Shown: in pieces, positions 56,170-64,000 of the stretch
Layout: the number at the start of each line of letters is the position of its first letter
Numbering within the stretch: position 1 is the first letter of the stretch
Notes under the pieces: model-generated
The model's database searches: none
The model's input: the letters and a program-made list of their open reading frames with translations, nothing else
Told to the model about the DNA's origin: nothing
IMG/VR virus record: IMGVR_UViG_3300031787_000044
Coordinates: 1 to 64,000 of that record
Direction: 5' to 3' (one strand)
Length of the DNA: 64,000 nucleotides
DNA from: a virus
Program-made: the position numbers and the translations under genes

Positions 56170-56928
56170 ATGAAAATAGTTTTGGTTACTGGTGGTTTTG
56201 ATCCAATTCATTCTGGTCATATCGCATACTTTAAGGAAGCAAAGAAACTTGGAGATATGTTAGTCGTTGGAGTAAACAGCAACGAGTGGCTTACTCGTAA
56301 AAAAGGACAACCCTTTATGGATGTCAACGAGAGAGTAGAGATAGTGAAGAACTTATCCATGGTGGACTCAGTGATCGTGTTTGATGATAGTGATGGAGGG
56401 GCATCTCAGGCGATCTATCACTGCCTTAACGCGTATCCAGACTCGGAAGTTATTTTCGCGAATGGTGGCGATAGAACAAACGATAATATCCCTGAGATGT
56501 CAATCCAAAACGAAAGACTATCCTTTGTGTTCGGCGTTGGTGGTACTCATAAGATGAACTCAAGCAGTAAGATTCTTACAGAGTGGAAGACACCAAAGAC
56601 TGAGAGAAAATGGGGATACTATCGTATCCTCCATTCCGATGGACCTTCTACCAAAGTAAAGGAACTCGTAGTCGAACCAGGAAAGTCTCTTAGTCTACAA
56701 AGACACGAACTTCGTAGTGAGTACTGGATCGTAAGCTATGGTGTAGCAACTGTCAATCATGGAGACAGTATAGAAAACATTCAAACTTCAGTACTTGAAA
56801 AACACGAGGAGATTGATATTCCAGTCGGTACTTGGCATCAACTTGTAAATTACACGAGTGATGAGCTACGTATCGTAGAAGTACAATACGGTAAGAACTG
56901 CATTGAAGAGGATATTGAAAGAATCTAG
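56170..56928 (+). CDS. Cytidylyltransferase-like (HxGH) nucleotidyltransferase fused to a mannose-6-phosphate isomerase type II cupin
   Basis: TGGFDPIHSGH, VVGVNS.EWL.RKKG and FANGGDR, followed by R.WG.Y, LSLQRH..RSEYW, IPVGTWHQL and EVQYG..EEDIER. Start set at ATG 56170 with a GGAG RBS. Confidence 0.88.
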   Translation: MKIVLVTGGFDPIHSGHIAYFKEAKKLGDMLVVGVNSNEWLTRKKGQPFMDVNERVEIVKNLSMVDSVIVFDDSDGGASQAIYHCLNAYPDSEVIFANGGDRTNDNIPEMSIQNERLSFVFGVGGTHKMNSSSKILTEWKTPKTERKWGYYRILHSDGPSTKVKELVVEPGKSLSLQRHELRSEYWIVSYGVATVNHGDSIENIQTSVLEKHEEIDIPVGTWHQLVNYTSDELRIVEVQYGKNCIEEDIERI

Positions 56929-56957
56929 ATTCCACCACTGCAAGAATATTAATTCTT

Positions 56958-56985
56958 ATTATATCAGCGCTACAAGAAATGTCAA
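56958..56985 (-). promoter_or_regulatory. Consensus sigma70-type promoter oriented antisense to the late enzyme operon
   Basis: The minus strand reads TTGACA-N16-TATAAT, with an extended -10 (TGaTATAAT). Confidence 0.6.
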
Positions 56986-57010
56986 CAAAAAAATGATAGT
57001 TGCATGTTTT

Positions 57011-57018
57011 TATAAATA
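57011..57018 (+). promoter_or_regulatory. T4-type late promoter for the neck genes
   Basis: TATAAATA 24 nt upstream of gp13. Confidence 0.82.
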
Positions 57019-57042
57019 GAAATAAAAATAAAGGGTTTTCTT

Positions 57043-57786
57043 ATGGCGTTACCAACTACAAGAGAAGAGTTCAAAGATTATGTTCTTCGCAAGATAGGAG
57101 CCCCGGTTATCCAGATCAACGTCTCGGAAGAACAAGTGGATGACCGTATCGATGAAGCTATATCTTTTTGGCGAGACTATCACTATGATGGGAGCCAGAT
57201 GGTATATCTCAAGCACGCTCTAACTCAAGAAGAGATTGATGATGGGTACATAGAAGTACCAGACAGCCTTCTAGGTATCACTCGTATTTTTGATCTGAGT
57301 TCATCTATCTCTACCGGAACTGGTTTCTTTAACGTCCAGTATCAGTTCGTTCTCAACAACCTAGAGGACATTACTGGTTATAACATTCAACACTATTACA
57401 TGGCACTGTCACATCTTCAGTTTCTACAAGAGATCCTTGTAGGTCGACCTCTTATAAGATACAATCGTCATATAAACCGTCTCTATCTTGATGTTACGAA
57501 ATCAATTCTAAATCCTGGATCATACATTATCATCGAGGGATACGATATCATAGATGGTGAAACATACTCGGACGTGTGGCAGGATCGTTTTCTTCAGAAC
57601 TATGCATCCGCTCTCATTCGTGAGCAGTGGGGTATGAATCTTACGAAGTTTACAAATATGCAACTCGTTGGCGGGGTTCAATTCAATGGAGAACAGATCC
57701 TCTCTGAAGCTAAGAACGATCGTAAAGAGATGGAAGACACCGCAAAGACGTCTCTTCAACCGCTCGTATATAACTGGATTGGATAA
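57043..57786 (+). CDS. gp13: Neck protein gp13
   Basis: PTTREEFKDYVLRKIGAPVIQINV..QVDDRIDEA..YHYDG and QWGMNLTKF..QLVGGVQFNG. Confidence 0.93.
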   Translation: MALPTTREEFKDYVLRKIGAPVIQINVSEEQVDDRIDEAISFWRDYHYDGSQMVYLKHALTQEEIDDGYIEVPDSLLGITRIFDLSSSISTGTGFFNVQYQFVLNNLEDITGYNIQHYYMALSHLQFLQEILVGRPLIRYNRHINRLYLDVTKSILNPGSYIIIEGYDIIDGETYSDVWQDRFLQNYASALIREQWGMNLTKFTNMQLVGGVQFNGEQILSEAKNDRKEMEDTAKTSLQPLVYNWIG

Positions 57787-58455
57787 ATGTTTATAGAAAA
57801 CAAATATACTAGATGGTATTATTCTATAATCAATAATAGGATGAATAACCCGCACGATAAAGGGTCTTACACTGAAAGGCATCACATAATACCAAAATCG
57901 TTTGGCGGTCCTAATAAAAATGAAAACTTAGTAAGACTCAGCGCAAGAGAACATTTCTTAGTGCACTGGTTATTAACAAAAATGTGCAAATCTTTAGATC
58001 ATAAAATAAAAATGAATCACGCTCTGCTAAGATTAATGAGCGCTTCAGAGTCGTTAGAATTGTACAAATGGTCTAAATGGCAATATGAAATCGCAAAAAA
58101 CAAAAAAACAGTAGCACTTAAAGAAGCAAGAATGAATGGTAAAGATCCGAGATTGGGCAAAAAACATTCTTTAGAAGCAAAAGAAAAAATGAGAAAGGCA
58201 AAACTTGGAGTTAAAAGGGATCCTTCCAAAATAAGCTATCTAAAAGAAAGAAGACACACAGAAGAAACAAAACAAAAAATAAGTGCATCTTTATATGGAA
58301 GATTTTTTTCTGAAGAATCTAGAAAAAAATCTAGTGAAACACAAAAGGGAAAATCGCAAAATAAAACTGTATTAGTTTGTGATAAGTGTGGCCATGAAAA
58401 TTATGCAACACAAATAAAAAGATATCACAATGATAATTGCAGATTGGCAGGATGA
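57787..58455 (+). mobile_element. Free-standing HNH homing endonuclease gene with NUMOD3 repeats
   Basis: YTERHHIIPKSFGG.N..ENLVRLSAREHFLVHWLL HNH motif, NUMOD3-like KHSLEAKEKMRKAK and RHTEETKQKISAS, and a C-terminal CxxC..H...C. Visibly more A-rich than its neighbours. Confidence 0.88.
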
Positions 58456-58458
58456 TTG

Positions 58459-59133
58459 ATGGCGACAAATGTCTTCTTTAACAACTATGACTATATAAAC
58501 GAACAGCGACTGATTGACGATCTCGTCATTGAGTCCATTCAGATGTATGGTCTAGACACCTTTTATCTCACGCGTAGTTTACAAGCGGTGGATAACATAC
58601 TCAACGAGGATGATCTTTCGATCTTTAATACAGCGTATGAGATGGAAGTATATGTTAAGAGCGTGGATGGATTTCAAGGAGAGGGCGACTTTCTTAGCAG
58701 ATTCGGTCTTCAGATTCGTGATCAAGCTGTCTTTACAGTGGCTATTCGAACCTTTGAGAGAAACGTTACAAATATAAATCCAAGTATCTTAAGACCAAAA
58801 GAAGGCGATCTTATTTACTTTCCTTTAAACAACAAGTTCTTTAAGATAATGCACGTTGAACACGAGAGTGTTTTCTATCAAAGTGGTGCATTACAAGTAT
58901 TCGATCTTAAGACAGAACTATTTGAATACTCGAATGAAAGATTCAATACAGGAGTAATTGATATTGATACTTTCTTTGACTCATATAAAACTTCTAACGT
59001 AACATCTCTTACAACTCTTAAGGCTAGGGATCCTATTGCTAAGAACATAGACTTTGAAGATGAAAAGACCGACATTATAGACTTCACAGAGATAGATCCG
59101 TTTAGCGAGACTATCACGAACCCAACGGATTAA
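58459..59133 (+). CDS. gp14: Neck protein gp14
   Basis: EQRLIDDLVIESIQMYG, GFQGEGDFLSRFGLQIRD, RPKEGDLIYFP and ELFEYSNE. Confidence 0.93.
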   Translation: MATNVFFNNYDYINEQRLIDDLVIESIQMYGLDTFYLTRSLQAVDNILNEDDLSIFNTAYEMEVYVKSVDGFQGEGDFLSRFGLQIRDQAVFTVAIRTFERNVTNINPSILRPKEGDLIYFPLNNKFFKIMHVEHESVFYQSGALQVFDLKTELFEYSNERFNTGVIDIDTFFDSYKTSNVTSLTTLKARDPIAKNIDFEDEKTDIIDFTEIDPFSETITNPTD

Positions 59134-59135
59134 TC

Positions 59136-59954
59136 ATGGCATTTGTAAATCATTTTTATAACGCTAGCACTAGAAAATATGTTGCTCTCTTTGGCATGCT
59201 GTTTAATAAGATAAGAATTACACGCAACGCTAACAATGGAACTCAAGTTCAAAGTATCATTGTTCCAATAGCATACGGACCGTTTCAGAAATTCTTAGCT
59301 AGAATTACACAAGACCCAAACTTAAGTAATCCGTCAGCAATCACTCTTCCAAGAATGTCTTTTGAAATGACAAACATGGTATACGATGGCACCAGAAAAT
59401 TTTTGTCAAAACAAAAGGTTGTTAAGAATACAGATGAATCTAACGATCAAAGATTTTATGCTTGGTCTGCGGCACCGTATAATATAGACTTTTCTCTTTA
59501 CATCATGACAAAATATTCAGAAGATGCTACAAAAATTGTAGAACAAATTATTCCGTTCTTTAAACCAGAATGGACGTCTACTGTTAAGTTAATAGACGGC
59601 ATAGAACCAATAGACATACCGCTGATCCTAAATGGAATTACGAATGAAGAGTTATACGAAGGCGCTTTTGAAGAAAGAAGATCTGTCCTATGGACTCTTA
59701 ATTTTACAATGAAAGTATGGTACTTTGGGCCAGAGCAAGCAAAACCAGTGATTAAGCTTATTGACACCGACCTATGGACCAGTTCAGATACTTCAAAGGA
59801 TCCTGAAGTAGGTGTAAATGTATATCCAGGACTAAGCGCAAATGGTACGCCTGAAACTGACCCAGATCTAACTATCCCATACTCGGATATTGAATATAAC
59901 GATGATTGGGGAGTTGTAAAGGTAGTCACTGAAGATCCAGAGGCAGAAGTATGA
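59136..59954 (+). CDS. gp15: Tail sheath stabiliser/terminator gp15
   Basis: HFYNASTRKYVALFGMLFN, VPIAYGP.QKFLAR, TLPRMSFE and EQIIPFFKP. Confidence 0.93.
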   Translation: MAFVNHFYNASTRKYVALFGMLFNKIRITRNANNGTQVQSIIVPIAYGPFQKFLARITQDPNLSNPSAITLPRMSFEMTNMVYDGTRKFLSKQKVVKNTDESNDQRFYAWSAAPYNIDFSLYIMTKYSEDATKIVEQIIPFFKPEWTSTVKLIDGIEPIDIPLILNGITNEELYEGAFEERRSVLWTLNFTMKVWYFGPEQAKPVIKLIDTDLWTSSDTSKDPEVGVNVYPGLSANGTPETDPDLTIPYSDIEYNDDWGVVKVVTEDPEAEV

Positions 59955-60382
59955 ATGATGATAAATTATCAGAAGCTCTTGGCCTAAGGACATTGCTCGA
60001 AGCTAAAAAAGACGAACTCCCTGTGGTTGTCGAAGAAATAGAAGTTCTTCCTGTGCAAGTGACTGCTGAAGAAGATGATACTATACGCGACATAGAACAG
60101 GCTCGTGGAAACATTAAAAACATTATTGAACAAGGTGATGACGCTCTTAAAGAAATGATCTCTCTTGCAAAACAATCTGAGTCACCTCGAGCATTTGAGG
60201 TTGCTTCTACACTAATGAAGACTCTTCTTGACGCAAATAAAGATTTTGTTGAGATGTCGACTAAAAAGAAGTACGCGAAAGAAGAACTTATGGGTCCTAA
60301 AGAAGCGGCACAGACTAACATAACTAATAATAATCTAATACTTTCCACGGCAGATCTTCTTAAAATGATAAAGGGTGAATGA
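59951..60382 (+). CDS. gp16: Terminase small subunit gp16
   Basis: ARGNI..IIE.G..AL, AKQSESPRAFEV and NNNLILSTADLLKMI. Confidence 0.9.
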   Translation: MNDDKLSEALGLRTLLEAKKDELPVVVEEIEVLPVQVTAEEDDTIRDIEQARGNIKNIIEQGDDALKEMISLAKQSESPRAFEVASTLMKTLLDANKDFVEMSTKKKYAKEELMGPKEAAQTNITNNNLILSTADLLKMIKGE

Positions 60383-61980
60383 TGGGCGATGGGTATCTTG
60401 GTAATATTCATTTAAAGAAAACTGGAGAACCTATAGAGTGGAGTCCAGAACTCATTCGTGAGTATCTCAAGTGTGCAGAAGATCCTGTCTATTTTGCAAA
60501 GAAGTATATTAAGATCGTTCACGTCGATCATGGTCTTATACCTCTAGATATGTACGAGTATCAGAAAGAGATCGTTGAAAAGATAACGAACAACCGTCGA
60601 CTCGCTGTTCTGACCGCTCGCCAGTCCGGTAAGACTACGACTGCGGTTGCCGTGATCCTCCACTATATTCTCTTTAACGAGTTTAAGACTGTTGCGATCC
60701 TTGCAAATAAAGGTGATGCCGCAAGAGAAGTTCTTGCTCGTATAAAGCTAGCATACGAAGCTCTACCTAAGTGGCTTCAGCAGGGTATTGAGGAATGGAA
60801 CAAAGGTAACATTGCATTGGAAAATGGATGCAACGTTCTTGCTGGTACAACATCTTCTTCCGCTATTCGTGGTAAGTCTGTGAACTTCCTCTATCTAGAC
60901 GAAGTTGCGTTCATCGAGGGATACGACGAGTTCTTCGCGTCGGTATATCCTACCATCTCGTCGGGCGAGTCTACAAAGCTTCTCATGACCTCTACACCAA
61001 ACGGATTGAACCACTTTTGGAAGACGTGTAAGGGAGCCGAAGAACAAACTAACGGTTACGAATTTGTTAAGGTTATGTGGTATGACGTTCCTGGAAGAGA
61101 TGAAAAGTGGAGACAAGAAACTATCGAGTCGTTGGATCACGATGAAGAGAAGTTCAACCAGGAATATTGCTGTCAGTTCCTTGGTTCTTCAGGTACTCTC
61201 ATATCCGGCGCAAAACTAAAGGATCTTGCTTACTCAATACCACTATATGCAAACGAAGGTCTATATCAATACGAAAAGCCGATTGAAAACCACATATACA
61301 TAATGACGGTCGACGTATCGCGTGGTAAGGGTCTTGACTACTCTACGTTTAATATGATAGACGTTACATCCATGCCTTATAAACAGGTGTGTACCTTTAG
61401 AGATAACTATATATCTCCGGTTGACTTCGCTGCCGTCATATATAGAGTTGGAACTGCATATAACGGTGCGCTGTGTCTTACTGAAATTAATGACATCGGC
61501 GCTCAAGTATCTGACACGCTCGTCATGGATTTTGGTTATGAAAATATGCTATACACAGAGAATAATGGCCGTGAAGGAAAGAGAATTTCTAACGGCTTTG
61601 GAAAAGTAACCGACACCGGAATTAGAACTACAAAATCTGTAAAATCGGTTGGGTGTTCTATGCTTAAACTTTTAATTGAGCAGGATCAGTTACTCATTAG
61701 CGATTTCGAGACAATACAAGAGTTGTCGCGTTTCTCTAAGAAACGCAACTCATACGAAGCAGAACCTGGGGCTCACGACGACTTGGTTATGAACCTTGTT
61801 CTTTTTGCATGGTTAACGAGTCAGGGATACTTTAAAGAAGTCACAGATATAAATACACTGAGTAAGCTGAGAGATAAGACAGAAGAACAACTCAACGACG
61901 ATCTTCTTCCGTTCGGCTTTATTGACATCGGTGATGAACTGCAAACTTCTCAGTGGAACCCAGTGAAGAGTTGGATGTAA
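60379..61980 (+). CDS. gp17: Terminase large subunit gp17
   Basis: Walker A ARQSGKTT, Walker B LYLDEVAF, STPNG, nuclease VDVSRGKGLDYS and HDDLVM. Confidence 0.96.
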   Translation: MMGDGYLGNIHLKKTGEPIEWSPELIREYLKCAEDPVYFAKKYIKIVHVDHGLIPLDMYEYQKEIVEKITNNRRLAVLTARQSGKTTTAVAVILHYILFNEFKTVAILANKGDAAREVLARIKLAYEALPKWLQQGIEEWNKGNIALENGCNVLAGTTSSSAIRGKSVNFLYLDEVAFIEGYDEFFASVYPTISSGESTKLLMTSTPNGLNHFWKTCKGAEEQTNGYEFVKVMWYDVPGRDEKWRQETIESLDHDEEKFNQEYCCQFLGSSGTLISGAKLKDLAYSIPLYANEGLYQYEKPIENHIYIMTVDVSRGKGLDYSTFNMIDVTSMPYKQVCTFRDNYISPVDFAAVIYRVGTAYNGALCLTEINDIGAQVSDTLVMDFGYENMLYTENNGREGKRISNGFGKVTDTGIRTTKSVKSVGCSMLKLLIEQDQLLISDFETIQELSRFSKKRNSYEAEPGAHDDLVMNLVLFAWLTSQGYFKEVTDINTLSKLRDKTEEQLNDDLLPFGFIDIGDELQTSQWNPVKSWM

Positions 61981-61991
61981 ATCATTGTTTT

Positions 61992-61999
61992 TATAAATA
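61992..61999 (+). promoter_or_regulatory. T4-type late promoter for gp18-gp19
   Basis: TATAAATA upstream of the AAGGAG RBS. Confidence 0.82.
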
Positions 62000-62045
62000 G
62001 ACTAAGAACCTGATTGAAACATCTAATCACACAAAGGAGAAAAAT

Positions 62046-63905
62046 ATGGTTTTTTCTGTAAGTCCATCTGTCATAGTTAGAGAAGTGGACGCCACCGCAG
62101 TAATTCCAGCAGTTGCGACTCCTCCTGCCGCAATCGCTGGTGTATTTCGCTGGGGTCCAACTAACGAACGCATCTTAGTTACATCAGAAGACGAGCTTGC
62201 TGCTCGTTTTGGAAAACCTTTCGCAAACACAACGTGGCAGAACCACGAAACATTTTTTGCCGCAGCTGACTTCCTATCATATTCGAACGCGCTCTATGTG
62301 ACTCGCGTATCTTCGGTGTCAGCGGCCACAGCAACTGATACTTACTTCTCCGCGAAACACGCCGGCGAAATTGGTAACAGCATTGAAGTTGCTATTACTT
62401 CATCAGCTTCTTTTTCTGACGTGCTTGCAGAAGTTGGCGACGCAACTGGTACATTTGCGTTTAATTCGAACTCATTAAATCTATCACTCAATCTTGCAAT
62501 TACGACAGCTCCACAAATAAATGACATCATTCGTGTTGGTAATCCTACGATAGGTTATCAAGATCTCGTCGTGTCTAACTATGTGGACAACGCCGCGAAT
62601 AGCGCTCCATTTACTTACGATATAAGTTTTGAAAACAGATATACTCTAGCTGAAACTGATATGGAAGAACTTAGCTTTGAAAGAAGATGGGGATATTCTA
62701 ATCAAGTAAGCGCGGCACCTGCAAACAACACTCTTGTTCATATCGCAGTTGTTGATAGGCTAGGCGGGTTTAGCGGTACCGTAGGATCTATTCTTGAACT
62801 ATACGAGAACGTATCAATTTCTCCATCCGCAAAACTTCCAGACGGAACTACAAACTACTACGTTGACATATTGGCAAACCGTTCCGCATATATCAAAGCA
62901 ATTGGGACCGATGCTGCACTAGGTGATAACATCCCATCCGCTGCGCTCACAGGAACGTTTGCATCTCCAATATATGAAGAATTCGCTGGCGGTAATGACG
63001 GCGATGGAGAAGCAGCAATTTCTCTTGGAAGAATTAGCCAAGGTTATGATCTTTACAAGGATCCTAATGAAGTTGATATCTCCGCACTTATAACAGGTAA
63101 GTCAACAAGTTCTAACCTTGCAAACTATCTAACGCAGAACATAGCAGAGTCACGTAAAGACTGTGTCGTGTATGCATCTCCAACCTATGCCAACGTCGTA
63201 ACTCCTGCCAATCCAACGGATAAGATGAATAACGCTATTACATTTAGAAATAGCTGCACATCGTCATCCTATCTTGTGATTGATACTGGATATAAGTATC
63301 GTTACGACAAGTATAACGATACATACCGCTGGGTTCCGCTTAACGGTGACATCGCAGGTCTTTCAGCACGTATAGAATCTTGGGAATCTCCAGCAGGATA
63401 CAAACGTGGTGTTATCAAGAATGTTGTAAAGCTTGCGTTCAATCCAAATAAAGCACAGAGAGATCAGCTATACGGAAACGACATCAATCCAGTTATTTCT
63501 CAGGTTGGCCAAGGTGTTCTTCTATTCGGTGATAAGACTGCTCTTGGAACTGCAACAGGAAGCGCATTCACTCGCATCAACGTTCGTAGACTCTTTATCA
63601 CCGTTGAGAAAGCAATCGCAACTGTGGCTGCTTCGTTCCTCTTTGACTTCAACGACGAATTCACTCAGACTCAGTTTAAAAACTTGGTCGAGCCATTCCT
63701 TCGTGACATTCAAGGAAGAAGAGGTATCATAGACTTTAGAGTCGTCTCTGATGCTACAGTAAATACACCAGACGTAATCGACCGTAACATCTTTAGAGGC
63801 AACATCTTCATTAAGCCAGCGCGTTCAATCAACGTTATCGAGCTTACATTTGTTGCAACTAGAACTGGTGTAGAATTCGATGAAATCGTTGGTCAGCCAC
63901 TCTAA
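62046..63905 (+). CDS. gp18: Tail sheath protein gp18
   Basis: SPSVIVREVD, FRWGP, YRYDKYND.YRWVPLNGDIAGL, SPAG.KRG, FGDKT, RINVRRLF and IKPARSIN. Confidence 0.96.
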   Translation: MVFSVSPSVIVREVDATAVIPAVATPPAAIAGVFRWGPTNERILVTSEDELAARFGKPFANTTWQNHETFFAAADFLSYSNALYVTRVSSVSAATATDTYFSAKHAGEIGNSIEVAITSSASFSDVLAEVGDATGTFAFNSNSLNLSLNLAITTAPQINDIIRVGNPTIGYQDLVVSNYVDNAANSAPFTYDISFENRYTLAETDMEELSFERRWGYSNQVSAAPANNTLVHIAVVDRLGGFSGTVGSILELYENVSISPSAKLPDGTTNYYVDILANRSAYIKAIGTDAALGDNIPSAALTGTFASPIYEEFAGGNDGDGEAAISLGRISQGYDLYKDPNEVDISALITGKSTSSNLANYLTQNIAESRKDCVVYASPTYANVVTPANPTDKMNNAITFRNSCTSSSYLVIDTGYKYRYDKYNDTYRWVPLNGDIAGLSARIESWESPAGYKRGVIKNVVKLAFNPNKAQRDQLYGNDINPVISQVGQGVLLFGDKTALGTATGSAFTRINVRRLFITVEKAIATVAASFLFDFNDEFTQTQFKNLVEPFLRDIQGRRGIIDFRVVSDATVNTPDVIDRNIFRGNIFIKPARSINVIELTFVATRTGVEFDEIVGQPL

Positions 63906-63930
63906 TAAATAAAGAAAAAGGAGTATAAAC

Positions 63931-64000
63931 ATGGCCTTCAATATAAACGAATTCAAATCACAACTAGTAGGAGGAGGAGCGAGACCATCGCTCTTCCAAG
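63931..64000 (+). CDS. gp19: Tail tube protein gp19, 5' part (runs off the window)
   Basis: AAGGAG RBS, then MAFNINEFKSQLVGGGARPSLFQ directly after gp18. Confidence 0.88.
   Translation, partial: MAFNINEFKSQLVGGGARPSLFQ

Noticed and set aside
37458-56928. DNA hypermodification cluster
   Set aside because: No nucleotide kinase, thymidylate-synthase-like or dNMP hydroxymethylase genes are nearby, and the genes sit behind late promoters among structural genes. It is disfavoured but not formally excluded.
56753-56938. 61 aa minus-strand ORF downstream of the antisense sigma70 promoter
   Set aside because: It overlaps the conserved cupin domain in antisense and has no RBS or protein-like features, so the transcript is more likely non-coding.
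57787-58455. Group I intron hosting the HNH gene
   Set aside because: gp13 and gp14 appear complete on either side and there is no flanking non-coding sequence for a ribozyme core.

Overview
The window is a 64 kb segment of a large T4-like myovirus genome covering the late (virion morphogenesis) region. No cellular genes, rRNA, tRNA or CRISPR were seen. All gene calls come from motif recognition and synteny by eye, with no database searches. Order: the 3' end of an Hsp20 gene and a bidirectional terminator; a leftward block (gp29-like tape measure, gp51, gp26, gp54-like, gp2, gp4); face-to-face TATAAATA late promoters; then a rightward block. The rightward block has gp48, a split gp53, a gp27-like hub, gp5 with a SleB-type hydrolase, an M15 peptidase protein, gp25, gp6, gp7, gp8 and a VrlC-like protein. 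Between the baseplate genes and gp13 lies a ~34 kb accessory island (22.7-56.9 kb) that is largely driven by late promoters. It holds two paralogous fibre modules with proline-poor Gly-X-Gln collagens and S74 chaperones. It also holds six paralogous six-bladed Kelch-like propeller genes with a conserved scaffold, variable loops and DNA blocks shared between paralogues, plus a seventh remnant. Interleaved with these is a set of tailoring enzymes: a sulfotransferase, five 2OG-Fe(II) oxygenase domains, three methyltransferase domains, a GT25-GT2 fusion, RmlB, a cytidylyltransferase-cupin and a GH130-like propeller. The window ends with gp13, a free-standing HNH endonuclease, gp14-gp18 and the start of gp19. 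The best candidate for an undescribed system is this island: a recombining propeller-adhesin repertoire combined with phage-encoded chemical decoration of virion appendages. A consensus sigma70 promoter also points antisense into the enzyme cluster.
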